A model generated the notes under the pieces. It did no database searches. It had not been told where the DNA came from and saw nothing but the letters and a program-made list of their open reading frames with translations. Positions 13,301 through 26,746 of a stretch of 64,000 nt of DNA are shown here, in pieces. Source of the DNA: Eledone cirrhosa (lineage: Eukaryota); contig OZ024743.1 in the NCBI GenBank assembly GCA_964016885.1, forward strand, positions 217,434,001 through 217,498,000, in the 5' to 3' direction. The position numbers were made by a program, and so were the translations under genes. Each line of letters opens with the position of its first letter. Within the stretch, counting starts at the first letter, position 1.

Positions 13301-15079
13301 AATAATATATTTATTACAGGAAATGAATTCAGTAAGTTGCATTTGAATACTTTGTTTCTCAATAAGTAAACGTAAATCGTAATTGTTTCAACAAAATGTG
13401 AAACACGGTTAAGATGTCATAGGGTGCCAAATCGGCAGTAACACAGGCAACGTGAATTAATATATTGGAGCAACAACCGTTATATTGACTCTCAATGTGA
13501 AGAGTGTGCCTTTGAAATCCGCGAAAGAAGATAAACGCATATTGCCTGAATACACAAAGCAGTACACACCATTTGTGATATGATATCACTGATAACATAG
13601 GATGAAACCTGGTATTAACACATAATATGTTACCTACTTCATAGGCACCTAAATGAGGATGTCATCACGATATTATCTATATAATGTAGTTCGTAGAAAT
13701 AATAGTCCTGATGATCAAATTGTGAATCGTTAAAGTGAAGAGGTGGGCGAAATCACCAATAATATGTAGGAATAATTTTGGGATAATTCTCTCATAAGCT
13801 CTATAAAATATAGAGATAACGAATGAAGCATAAGATCCTAAAATTTGTTAAAGAAGGCGTCCAAAGTTCGTCAAAACAATATGTTGATTAGCAGACTTTA
13901 ACAGAGTTTAAAGATAAAATTTAAATGATGGGAATTTAATGAGATATCAGCACATACTACATCCAGAATTAATGTCCAGATGTATAGCTGAGATAATTGA
14001 AAGGCTTGAATATATAAATAGCTGTCTCAACAACAATAAACTTGGAAAGCTGATCTTCCCTCACCAAATAGTACACAGTTAATTGGAAACTCTCAGTTAC
14101 AAGTCATTAATGGAACTGTAAATTTACAGACGTTAGCCTGTTCTTAGTAGCTGTAAATACATACATGTATAGACATATACTAACATAGCCATACAACCAC
14201 ACACACACTTACCTACATGCACACAAACTTACCTAACTATATAACTAAGTAGTTTATGTTGGTAAATACACCTAAGTATATGACAAATGAGTTTATACTG
14301 AAAGATGAAAAACTTAATGACATATTTGAAAAATAAAACCGGAATCCTTTATTGGTTATAACTTTAGATATTTTTACAAATACTTATGGTAAAAGGTGAT
14401 GACATTTAAATTCTTGAGAAATTAGGTTTCTCAACACCAGGTACGACACATCTAATCAAAAAAATACATGTATAAGACAGTAGAAAAAATGTAAAACTGT
14501 TTCAATATTCTATCTTTGTATACACACGTATATATATATTCATGCATGAGCCAAAACCTAGATTCACATATGGATTGAATATATTCACACGTTCGGCGCC
14601 TAGGTATTTATCGTCGTATGCTATCCTTACAATATGCGCCCCTTTTCTTAGTTATGCATTCCATTATCTTAAATATAATAATTTATTTTTACAGTTTGGC
14701 AAACTGACAAACTTAAATGTTGACACTTCTTGTTCTGAATGACTAAGACTTCAATTCTCCGTTCAGTTCGAACACAATTTATGTGAGAGATTATAACACT
14801 TACCGATCCTCCCTACCTCATTCGATATTTCCACGACAAGTAGAGAAAACAAATATGCGTTTGGCAAAGTAAAGCATAAATTCCATGCAAGTTGAGGATT
14901 AAAATGTACAAAGGACGTAGGGCATCTCGAGTTAATCCAAAGGTAACGGTCTACTTACTGTATGGTAATGTTATTCAAATAGCATATATATAAAGAAAGA
15001 CAACCAAAACAGTTAATTATACATTTAATTGACCGACGTATGTTGGGCCAGTCTACATATGACCGGGCACTACACCCTA

Positions 15080-15314
15080 GCAGACCATCTCGTCAGGGTC
15101 TCTAAAACAACTAAACTAACATTAGCAAGACATCACTTCCCGTTGTGTACATTAGTGGTCAGTATCGACCAGTGTAAATATGTCATGATGACCCAGCTAA
15201 GACATCATGACATCTTTACACCGGCCGGTAATGACCACTAATATGCGCAACGAAATGTAATATCGTGTTAAAGTTAATTTAAATGTTTCTATAGACCCTA
15301 ACGAGCTCGTCTGC
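15080..15314. mobile_element. fold-back (MITE-like) imperfect palindrome
   Basis: Arms pair along their length: gcagac/gtctgc, agggtct/agaccct, attagtggtca/tgaccactaat, atgtcatgatg/catcatgacat. Confidence 0.75.
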
Positions 15315-15420
15315 ATGAGCATATTGTACGTTCTTGTGGAGATTGGAGAAGCATGTGTAAATAAATGTAAATTAAATAAATTAAATGTACAATTAACAGT
15401 CCTGGTTGTATTTCTCCCAC

Positions 15421-15511
<91 letters not shown>

Positions 15512-15514
15512 GTA

Positions 15515-15700
15515 TAGGAAAAGTGTTAGGATCCCGACGGCTGAGATCCGGCCGTTTCGACTACTAAACCCGAACGCAGAACTGTCGAAACGGCCTGAGC
15601 TCAACCGTCGGGGTCCTGACTCTTTTACCGCTCTACTACCCTACGTATCGAGTACTCTGGTGCATTATTGTCCACCTGGTTCCTTACCACACTTTCTTTG

Positions 15701-15703
<3 letters not shown>
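15515..15703 (+). repeat. hairpin-headed repeat containing the 3' half of a hammerhead; related copy at 56225-56419
   Basis: Inverted repeat 15517-15625 containing GAAA-CGG..CCG-TC; tail gtccacctggttccttaccaca shared with the reverse complement of the 56.2 kb copy. Confidence 0.75.
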
Positions 15704-15742
<39 letters not shown>

Positions 15743-16394
15743 CATTTTAAAATATTCACACATTCCAAAATTTATCAATAACGATGCATTCACCAATCAA
15801 GTCACAAGTACAGATCTCACTTTATCTTTCCCTACTACAAACATTCTAGTTCGATACACCATTCGTTAGATAAAGAAACGGTGTCAAAGATCTCAGGAGC
15901 TGCAAATTGAGGGAAAATGCTATTGCTAAAATAGACATGATTTCAGAAATATTCTTTAATTTTATTACTAACGAAATCAGAATCTACGTGAAAAACCTTC
16001 TAAGTATTTTAAATAACCTGTGGATAGTTTATTTTCCCAATGCTAGATCATCGATCTTAGCAAACTAGAACCAAGTAGAACAGTTCCCAGTAACTCGTAA
16101 AAACAATTGAAAAATAATATTTCTTTATTTAAGGCTAACGGTTATGAAACTACTCTTTACAACTTTCAATGTAAATAAAAAAAAATAGGATACTTCTCCA
16201 TGTTGTATTATCCGCATATTTCATAACAATTTCTTTTTAAATAAACTATTATTCATATGAGTTGGATACAAGTGAGGGTTTTTATTTGAAATACATACAT
16301 ATGAAAGCTACGCTATTTACATGAATCACGGAAAAAATATGTTTATCTACTACTTTGCAAAAGCTTTATTCTTTTTTGCATTCATTAATTTATT

Positions 16395-16580
16395 ATTTTA
16401 CTGTTTTCAGTCATTAGACTGCAAATTTGTTGTGGCAACACTGTCATAGGCTTTAGCCAACATTATCGATCCGGTTACTTACATTTCAAGACTATTCTTA
16501 ATTTTATAGATTTCTATGTTCGGACCACTATGTCAGGGACATTAACGAACAAGAGACATAAGGAACACAAACACGGACCA
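16395..16580 (-). mobile_element. old, degenerate Octopus-type SINE
   Basis: ttttactgttttcagtcattagactgc...atcgatcc..tactta...ggaccactatgtcagggac resembles the abundant octopus SINE consensus (from memory). Confidence 0.55.
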
Positions 16581-17379
16581 CCATTTATATATACACATTT
16601 AAATAATCTAAATATAATTTATTTTTCAAGTCAGTACTGATGACAATGGTCGTCTGCTCAGGGAACTAAATGGATTCAATAGACCAATCAATGCAGTTGA
16701 TTTAAAGGAGGGAACTGGATGGTTCAAATGGATCGATAAGCGTGCTAGATTTAGTACATTTGAAAGCTGGGGAGTAACCGATTGAATTCAAATGAATTAG
16801 CATATGGTATCTACTTGAGGTTCACTACCTTGGTCGCAAGTGGAAGCGGACTGTTGAATATTCTTTAGTTGTTTTGAGTTTATTGGGTTTTTTTTATCTA
16901 TTGAATAAATTTCCGGGAAATTCGCATAGGACCACATCCATCACATTACATTATTTCGTCTGTAAATGGAATTTTATTACGTACTGGTGTCGAGATGACT
17001 GTGTTATTTGTTTGTTCCAGCATACACTATTATTTGTTCTAAATTCATAGCAGTTACGGATCGAATTCATCTCCATCAATATCATTTCCACCTTCCACTT
17101 ACTGTTTATAGGTGATGGTTTTAAGTTTTAATAATGCATAGATACATTTCTTTAGACACAAGGGCACAAAAGAAGGGGACAAATACAAATGGGGAGTTAC
17201 ATAGAGGTATATGAAAATAAAACTATTAATAAAACTATTAATAAAATAACAAATAACAATTGAAATCCCCAATAGGGAGGAGGCGTTACACAGGGGTTGT
17301 ACACACCCTTAAAAAATGTACAACCCTCATCTCCGGGAGCACGAAGAGTGAGTACTCCCTTCCTCTCTTCCTCTTTTTC

Positions 17380-20300
17380 CTCAACCTACAGGCTTATATA
17401 GAGAGAAAGCCCAACCACTCGGGCCATCTTTGCCACATTCACCCACCTTTTATAAAATTTGCTGGGGTACAGCACCTCTCTCTCCATCCTGATTCTTCTT
17501 CCAAAATGATATTTGAAAAAACGAATCAGTTGTTCGCCGGAGAGAAAGGTGTCCGACCTCAGCCCTTTTAACCTCGTCCACCATATAACCTCTTTCACCA
17601 TAGCCATAACACATAGGAAAACCGCCTCTCCTTCGTTTTTGAAGGAGGGTGGCGGTTTGATCATGACAATGGACTCGGTGTTTCAACTGGATTGGTCCCA
17701 CCCGCGACAAAAGTCGTTCTACATAGCCCCATAGGTCGGTACCGCCCGGGCAGTGTACAAATGCGTGCGCGACAGTTTCCTCGTCACGCATGCATCTCGG
17801 ACAGATCTTTTTCGAAGGGTCCCTGCCGGGTTCGTTTGCCTGAGGACTGTGAGCGTCTGAGCACATTCGATGTGCCAGTCGCCCATTTTCTTCGGTCTTT
17901 TCTTGACCCAGGACTGCAGCTCGGTCAGCGAGACGAGTCGTGGGAAGGCTCGCCTCACGAACGGGGCCCACACCGGTTGTCCGGTGAGGAATACGTCGAA
18001 GTGCCGCAGCCTGAGCGCGTGTTTGCGCATCGTCAGCCACGGAATCTCCAGCCCTCCGTTTGACGGGTGTTGGCAGCAGATGGATCTTCTCACCAAAGGA
18101 GGCCGATTCTTCCAAAGGAATTGGAAGAGCGCGCGCTCCATTTAGGTGAGCGTTTTGGCTGGACAAGGAACGACGGTCAAGCGGTAGTAGATGACGGACG
18201 CTATAAAATTGTTCGCCACCTCCGCTCAACCTTTCAAGTATAGTTTACACTCGGCCCACTTTTGGGTGACCGCAAACACCTTGGCCGTCACCTCGTTCCA
18301 GTTCTTCTCCACCTGGAGGTCCGGACCAAACCAGACCCCGAGCAGTTTACCGGTCCTTCCATCCAGCGTCCGACGACGCCATCGGAAGGCATCGGTTTGC
18401 CTCTCCACGTTCCGAGTTGCAAACCGACGGATTTGTCCCGGTTCAGCTTCGCTCCTGTGAACCTTTCGTATTCCTTCAGTAAGGTGCCGACTTCCCCTAT
18501 TTGCGTGGTGCTCGACACCATTACTGTCACGTCGTCGGCGTAGGCCGACGCGGCTTTTCTCAGTCTCGGTTCCAAAGGGATGCCCTGCAATAGCTCCAAC
18601 ATCCGCAGTAGTGGCTCGAGTGTCAGTACGTACAGAAGGGAGGAGAGAGGGCATCCCTATCGGATGGATCACCTGATATGGAACGGCTCCGAGAGGGAGC
18701 CTCACCTTGTCCCTTGAGCAGATGTTGCTGCTGTGCATTGCAACAATCCAGCCCCTCCAGCACCGCATCCAGGTAACGATGGTGAACCCTATTGAAAGCC
18801 TTAGACTGATCCAAGTTGATCGGGACCCACCGAAGCCGGGTTTACACCCTACACTCTCTATGATGTATCGTATGAGGTGGAGGTTGTCGTGTATGGACCT
18901 GGTCGGGATTGCGCATGTCTGCTCTTCTCTCACCAGATTTTCGACGACAATCGCCAGCCTCTTTGCCAACACCCTGGCCAAAATCTGTAATTCTGTCTTT
19001 AGCAGAGTTATGGGTCGGAAGTTGCCCTTATTCTTGTCCTTCCTGACTAACGTGACTACGCCTTTGGTTACAGAACTGGGAATTCTCCCGTCCTCCTGAC
19101 AGTTGCAGTAGACCGCTTCCAGGAGACCGGAGAACAAGTCCGGATTTGCTACGTAAAATTCGTAGGGTAGACCGTCGAGACCTGGAGATTTGCGTTTGCC
19201 GCATTGGCTCAGCACGTCCCCTATCTCAGCGGCCGAAATCGGCCTTTCGCAGAACTTTGCTCCACTGTCCGAGAGTGCGGAAGGCCGTCGAGATATGGAC
19301 CGAAATCCATAGCCCCTCCCGGCGTGCCGCCCTGCCCAAACAGTTGAGCAAAGTGCCGCTGAAAGGACGCGCACATCTGTTTCGGCTCACGTATCACGCG
19401 TCCGTCTTGGTCCTTCAAAGACCGAATCGTGGACTCGTTGCCACTTTTCGCCTCCGTCACTCGGGCCCAGCTAACAGATTTCGCTCCATCGTTTCCCAGA
19501 GTACGTATTTTGCTCCTGACAACGCAGCCTTCATGATTTGCGTCGAAGCACTTGTCCAAGGCCGTTCTCGTTGCTAGCACGCTGGCTACGTTGCCACTCG
19601 TAAGTGCCTCTTCTACTTTATCTACCAGTCCTTTTCGGTCTTATTTCTATCTAACACTAATTCTTTACTAAAACCTATCGAGTCTAATCTAACTGCCCTC
19701 TTGAGAGTGTACCACCATCTGTTGTTGACAATGGCCCCCGTCAAGTGCTACTTAACTAAAGTGCTAATCCGACTACTGTAGGCTTTGCATGTCGGTAACG
19801 ACATGTTCAGCTTCCAGTAGCCGGGTACCTGTCTCTGTGTTCTCTCAAGGTTGACTAAGCAGATCACTAGTCTGTGATCTGAATAGGCAACCATGAACAT
19901 TTGTGGACAGCTTAACATGTCCCTATCGCTAACTCTAACTAGAAACCTATCTAGGTACGATCTAGATGTTCCGCTATGGTTGGTCCACGTCCACAGTGGC
20001 ACAGTTGGAAAATATAGTCGATATCTATCGACCAGTTGAAATCGGCCGATTAACTGTTTGATGCTGTTACACGCCCTCGGGAAATGCTCCCACATAGTCC
20101 CAACGTGCATCTTGGATTCCATTCCAATCCTCCACTAACAGCAGGGAGCGGGACGTTCCCAGAAAAGTCTCTAGACGTTTGAAGAAGTCTAGCGGCCACA
20201 AGCCTAAAGGCTCCACCTTCACTACCGTCAACGTCTAGGACCATCAGTCGACCGTCAGGGTCCAGATGTACCGTCTGTGTTACGAGGTCCACGTGTTTCC

Positions 20301-20521
20301 GCAGTAAAACGGCAGCTCCACCCCCACCTCCCGGCTGACAGAGAGTTGCGTAGATCTCAAAGTCGTCGAGATGGGGGCCAGTTGTCGTTCGCTGTGGATC
20401 CTGGACTCGCAAATGGCTACTACATCCATACTCTGCGACTGATGTCGTTTAAGTGTTTGCCCTGTTTCCAAGTCATCCCTAGGCCGCGTACATTCACACA
20501 TCCAACTCTTATATCGGCTAT
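17380..20521 (-). pseudogene. LINE ORF2: AP endonuclease, reverse transcriptase and C-terminal zinc knuckle
   Basis: VGCVNVRGL, VVAICES, YLDRFLV, YSDH, GYWKLN, KSPGLDGLPYEFY, NFRPITLL, DQSKAFNRV, AYADD, CPRC..EETVAHAFVHCP, spread over several frames. Confidence 0.92.
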
Positions 20522-20559
20522 GTTGGTGCTGAAAAGTTAAAAGAAGAGGAAAAGAAATC

Positions 20560-22206
20560 ACTCACCTCTTCGTCTCCTGGGGACCAGGCTGAACAATTTC
20601 CATGGGGGTGTTGGAGGGGTTGTTTGGCGGGGTGGTGGTCTCTGGTGGGGTGGGGACGGAGATGTTTGGTGGGGACGGGGTGTCAGGTGGGGTGGTGGTG
20701 TCTGGGGCGGGGGTGGGGAAACATTTCAAAAGGACGCGGTTATAGGGTTTGACGCAGGGCTTACCTACGTCGTTAGGAAATGTTTCTTTTAACTGTTTAT
20801 GCGTGTCCATGGAGACCCTAATCATTTTAAGATTAGGATTCTCTGAAGAATGTGTAAAAGTTTTCCCTTCGGTCTCCACCGAAGGGTTTTATATATGGTG
20901 TCTGTTAAAGTTTTTTTGTTAGTATTTATGTAGGTGTAACATTTTTGTCGTGTCGTGTTGCTTTTTGTCTGTGGTTCTTGTTTACGTGTTGTAGTAGGTT
21001 TTGTTTTCAGGAGGGGTTGTTTTAGTTTGTGATGTTTGCGTCGCTTGTGTTGGTGTTTGTGTGTTTGTTGCATTTATCTTTTTACTGGTCGGAAAGACTC
21101 TTCCTTATCGTCACTGTGTGACGATGATGAGGCCTCATCCGTGTTGTTTTGGGATGGGTACATTTTGGGGAGCTGTTATGTGTGTGGGTGTTTCTGGAGT
21201 TGTTTTAGGTGGAGAGGGGTAGGGTGGGACTGTGTTTGTCGTTTGTTTTGCTGTCACTATTTTTTTATGTTGTTGTTGTTGTGGTGGTGGCGGTGGTGAT
21301 TGTTGTGCTGGTGTTGCAGGTGTAGGCAGTAATGCCTTTTTGGGGCTAGTTAGCCGAGGACAGGAAGCTCTCAGGTTACCCCTGCTTAGGCAGTGGTAAC
21401 ATGAGGGCCGCATACCCTCGACCGAAATGTTTATGTATATGAGCCCATCCAGCAGCACACGATCCAGGATCCTAGCTATTCGTTCTGGTGTCATTTGGAC
21501 CAGAATTTCCAGGCTAGTTCCGCTGAACAGGTCGCCGGAGGACTTACCTACCGATAATATTGAGTCTTTTTCGAGGTTTAAAATCCACATAGTATCCACC
21601 AAATATCAATATTTGGTGTGATACTTTGGATTTTTATTTTCTGTTTTCTTTTCCCCATGTAAGTGGGGAAAAAGTTGAACAACGGTGACACAATTGGCGA
21701 CACAGAATATTTCTGTGCCGTCAGTAGGTCTTTCATCAGAATGGATAAACTCCCGTAGAGATTCTGAATAAAAGCAATGTCATTTAATGCATCTTCTAAA
21801 ACTAACTCAATTTCGCTTTGTGAAAGTTGAGTCGGTTTTCGGGTTTTGTTTGAGACTGTCCTGAAAACCACAGTTTTCAAAGCAGCTTCTCATCGCAAAT
21901 CTGGGGGAGAGTTTATGGAGTATGATCCGTTCTCCCCAAAAGTGATGTACTGTCGGGCGTTATTCAAAAGCTCATTTGCATTTGAAATATCTACCGGAGT
22001 GTAGCTTACCGTTTTTTTACGGTTTGCACAAACGATATTTTGTCGTTTACTTCCTTGTTGCAGTTATAGGTCTTGTTGTTGTTGTTATTGTTCTTGTTGT
22101 TGGTGTTGTTTTCGTTCATAGCATCGTTGTTGTTGTTGTTGCTGTTGCCACCAGTTGTGTTGTTTTTGTTCATTGTTTCACACTTTAGGTTTTGGTTTGT
22201 TGCCAT
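20560..22206 (-). pseudogene. LINE ORF1 (gag-like) remnant with zinc knuckle and Pro/Thr/Asn-rich segments
   Basis: ISVEGMRPSCYHCLSRGNLRASCP (decayed CCHC); lies upstream of ORF2; frameshifted. Confidence 0.75.
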
Positions 22207-22895
22207 GGCAACATCAAGTTTCGGTCAGAGGTGGAGAAAATCCTTCCTCTTGCTGACCTTTGTCTTTGACATCTGCTACTATGACAGTGGCAGGGGGAAG
22301 CTGTAAGCATATATTCCCCTTTCCTCCTTCGAATGTTGGTGAAAAAGCTTCAGCCTTTTCTTTTTTTAAATGTTAGTTTTTCCAAAACATTTTCATGAAC
22401 TAAAGGCGTAGAATATTTTGAGAAACTGACCATATCAAAATTTGACCTGGCAATCCCTCTACACATTGGTATAAAAATGAAAGTTCACAGTTGAGAATTT
22501 CTATAGAAATTTAGGCAGAACTGGCCAGCAAGTTTCACGCGTGTGTCCATCCCAGAGATAATGTTACAGATGGTATTTAGATTAATATTACAAAGAAAAT
22601 ATCTGCCTGTATGCCTCTGCATGTATGAACCTATCTCTATACGCAGACATGTCAGTTTGTATTTATGTATACTCTTTTCTATATTTAATGGAAGTAAATT
22701 TAGAGAAAATATTTTTCTGAAAACAACTCGTTCATTAGAGGATACACTCTCTTTGCAATTGCAACTGGTATTTAGCATAAATATGACGATTCTAATGAAT
22801 TTGTATTCTGTAGCAATATTATCCCATCAAAATTATGAATTATTTTTAAAATATTTATGGGAAAATCTGTGATTGTTCTATAAATTTTACGTAAT

Positions 22896-22951
<56 letters not shown>

Positions 22952-23196
22952 TATATACGCATGCTCCTACATTAACGTAAATGTTCGGTGGAACTTGACA
23001 AGTCTGATGAGTTATATTTTTAGCTATGAATGAGAGATGATTGTGCAGTCTTATTATGAAAAGCGTTCGCACCATGGTCATCACATCATGTTTTCATACA
23101 TAGTATATTACCCGGACGACATCTATTATATAGGTCTTTGTCTTCGAAGCTATGGTGAGAGTCGCGAGAGATTTGACTATTATTGTTTTATATATT

Positions 23197-23380
23197 TGTT
23201 TCTACTTTAGGCACAAAACCAGCAATTACCCAGTTCATTACTGGTACTTTATTTTATCGACCCCGTAAGGATAAAAGGCAAAGTCAACCTCGGCGGGATT
23301 TGAACTCAGATCGTAAAGGGACGTAACTATGCTGGAAAGCATGGCGTCCGACCCTTACCGATACTGCCAATCCACCGCCG
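23197..23380 (-). mobile_element. full-length tRNA-derived SINE (family A) with 16-bp target-site duplication
   Basis: TSD tattgttttatatatt at 23181-23196 and 23381-23396; A/B-box-like head GGCGGTGGATTGGCAG...GAGTTCAAATCC on the minus strand. Confidence 0.9.
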
Positions 23381-25337
23381 TATTGTTTTATATATTGATA
23401 GTTGATTATTTTTCTAAAATATCAAGTCTCTATGTAGAATAAGCTTTTTCGCATGATTCTCAGCGTTAGTTGAGAATTGCTTTTGAGCATACTTTTATTT
23501 CTGAGAATGAAAACATCATAATAAAACTTGAACATATTTTCAAAAGATATAACATCTTATTCTCCTCCAAAAGTAAAGAAGAAAAAGAGAAGAAAATTTT
23601 GTGAAGGAGAACGGTGTCGGCGCCATTTATTATTTTTCAAAATATTCAAGGCATGTTCTCCTACTGTTTATGAATCACATATGTCACTTATGAAATTGTG
23701 ACTAACTAATAAATCTCATGTTATAGAAAGAAAATAATAAAGAAAAATATAAATACTATGGATTACCTCATGAATTCTTCATTTGACTTGATCATTTTAT
23801 TTTCGATTTTTTTCTCCGGCAAAGTAGCATTTACCTCTGTTAACTCTAATGTCGGCTTCTTTCAATCTTGGAGGTTTCACAATGAAATAATTTACAAGAA
23901 ATGTACTTCATACGCAAAAGAATATCTGTATATGGCACCAAAATTGGTTAACAGAAAATGTCTTGGATTATTGATTGGACTGAAATATTTACTACATAAA
24001 CCATATGTCTATCACTTTCTCTCTATTTTTATTCCACGTTCTAAGTATCACCTAATACTCTCTTTCTCTTACTGCATATTTTTTGTAGAGGGGTTTAAAA
24101 GAAAAGGCGGTTTATTTTAACAGAACTGCTGCTTCTTATATATTTCACCGAATCGTCCATGCGAGGGATAAAATTATCTGTGATACTCAGAGTTTATTCT
24201 ATATCCTTCTCTGATCTACTTTGTCTTTTATCTTCGTGGTATTGATAAAACACCACCTATCTAACAATTATTGTACGGTTCAAAATAATCGATGGTTCAT
24301 TCTTGCAAAATATGTGGAAGTCATTCATCATTATTTAATGCAAAAATAGAAGCTACATTTATTATTAATAATATATTTGCAACATGTTTTATTCTTTAAA
24401 ATAAAGAAAAAACGGTAGCGTAAATGTTATTGAAAAATAGCCAATATTTATGGGAAAATATCAAGAACTATATTTTATAATTTGCTATTATTTCCAGTAT
24501 TACTGCAAAAAATTCTATCCTTAGATATCGATAGTTAAACAACAGAATATATTGAAATATTCTGATATTTACTTCGTCATTCATCAGTTATTGACTTTAC
24601 ATTTCATCCGTAAAAGAATTGTGGAAACGAATGCACGTGAATTCGATCTAAATGACATCTCTCTCATATATATATGCAACCTTTTACCTATCGAACATAT
24701 CAATAATATTGATTTGTGTAAACGAAATAGTATAGAAAATGAACATCTGAATCAAATAAATATTTGTTTTATTACGAAGAAATATTCACAAAATACTCAT
24801 ACCAATCCTCTCTGCCTCTCTGGTGTTTCAGAAACATTGATACAAATTCTTATTTAGATTTTCTGATTTTACATTTATCACCGCCATATTTGAGTACAAG
24901 TGTTTGTAAATACTAGTTATTTCTAAGTTTACACGCGCGTAATTTCTTTCGCACTCTTACCCCCCCCCCCCGCACATACACACAATGGCATACATATATA
25001 AATATACAACTTCCTCCTAAGAGACAAATATATGCATTAGCGCTGTGTATTTCCATTGAAATAACAAATATCCTAAACAAAATCACTAAAGATGAGATCC
25101 AGAGAACTATACAACCTCGATTTTCACACACTAATAGAGCAAGTGATCAAACAATACAGACATAAACATGACCCGACAAATATTTCATACATTGTAGAAT
25201 AACACAAACAATATAAAAGGCATTATATGATTCAAACACATGCTAACAGTAGAATAAATATCATCATCTATTATAAAAAAAACCAACATCTAACAAAACA
25301 CAAACGCTTTACAGTAATTCATAAACGAATTCTAATA

Positions 25338-25586
25338 AAGTCTGTATCGAGCCCGGAAGCTCACCAGGCCGATGCTGATCCCAATGGGGTGAATTGATTG
25401 AGAGTACAAGACTCCCATTGGACAGGTTCCCAGACCATCGCAGGTTTAAACCTCCAGCTGGTACTCATTTTAAAGTGTTTTAAGTGTTTTACTCACGAAC
25501 AAAATAAGCAACCCAATCCAGGAATCGAACACATGACATTATTCTCATAAGTCCGACACACTAACCACTAAACCAGACGCTTCCCC
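25338..25586 (-). mobile_element. tRNA-derived SINE (family B, CORE-like)
   Basis: Minus head TGGTTTAGTGGTTAG...GTTCGATTCC; related to 49575-49777 and 52780-52935. Confidence 0.7.
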
Positions 25587-26384
25587 TTAACTCTAATACG
25601 ATATTAATAAACACTAAAATTCAAACGTTTTTGTCAACTAGCCGCAAGTATGTAAAATCGTGAACGAGCTACAATACAAATGACGAATGTGATTTATTGA
25701 TTCTATTGCAACGTTAATGTAATGATCCCGCTGGATCACTATGTATTTCTTACAATCAGCTCTTACAAAGCAGTACCTCAAGAACTCAATAGTTCGGAAA
25801 CTTGAATGTATAAATTATCTATACGCTACAGAATTCCAAACGAAATATATGTTGAAAAGCAATGCTCAAATGAAGACAATACTGATGATATATAAATCTA
25901 ATGGTGGACTATGATCCAGGTGTTAATGTTATACAAACACTGGTCTCAATTTTCTAATAGATGTAAAGATCAAGAATATCCGTCAGATGGCCCAATAAAT
26001 ATGCACGAATACACACACACACCCTCGTCACACACACACCCTCGACACACACACGCACGCACTCGCGCACACACACATACACACGCGCACACGCACACAC
26101 AAAGACCCATGGATATAATTTAGTCTTTTTTAATAACTACTTTGATTAGCTGTAACATGGCGATTAGAAATTTGGTTCCGTCTGAGGGCGCAGGAATTTT
26201 TTAAATCATGAGATGTTGTGAAATTAACCCCAATGAAGTTAGGACAGACATATATGAACTTATATACAATATGTTTGGGTATAATAAATATAAACATATT
26301 GTGTGCATATTAAGCTGTAGCTCTGTAAGAAAATTATACGCATTTCATATTATCATCAGCGTCAACAATCTATAATTATTACTA

Positions 26385-26746
26385 TAATGTGCTATTGGAA
26401 AGAAATTTGACGGAACTTATACAAGAATGATTCGAGCTGTCTGAACATCTGCTGGAGACAAAACCTCATGAAAGAACCTTTGGGAAATTTGCCATCAATA
26501 TCACACATAATCAGAGAAAGAAGAACACGGATCGCTGAACATTGTTGAAGAACAAAGGATGAGATTATTAGCGATGCTATTCTTTGGAAACTGAACCATG
26601 GGTATGCAAATGATTGTAGACTATATCAAACCTACATAAAGCGAGGATTCTGAGTGCAGCCGAGAAGACCTACCATGACTGAACAGGCTGAAGAAAACGA
26701 GTCATGGATATCATGGCAATAAGCACGCCCGGGTGATAATAATGAT
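26385..26746 (+). pseudogene. degenerate RTE LINE 3' fragment
   Basis: DGTYTRMIRAV, IRERRTRIAEHC, ILWK.NHG; homologous to 4080-4484; ends in a gataataatgat tail. Confidence 0.75.

Larger units (their letters stand above)
17150..22360 (-). mobile_element. near full-length L1/Tx1-clade LINE, multiply frameshifted
   Basis: GC-richer block containing ORF1 and ORF2 remnants in the expected order; ends approximate. Confidence 0.9.
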
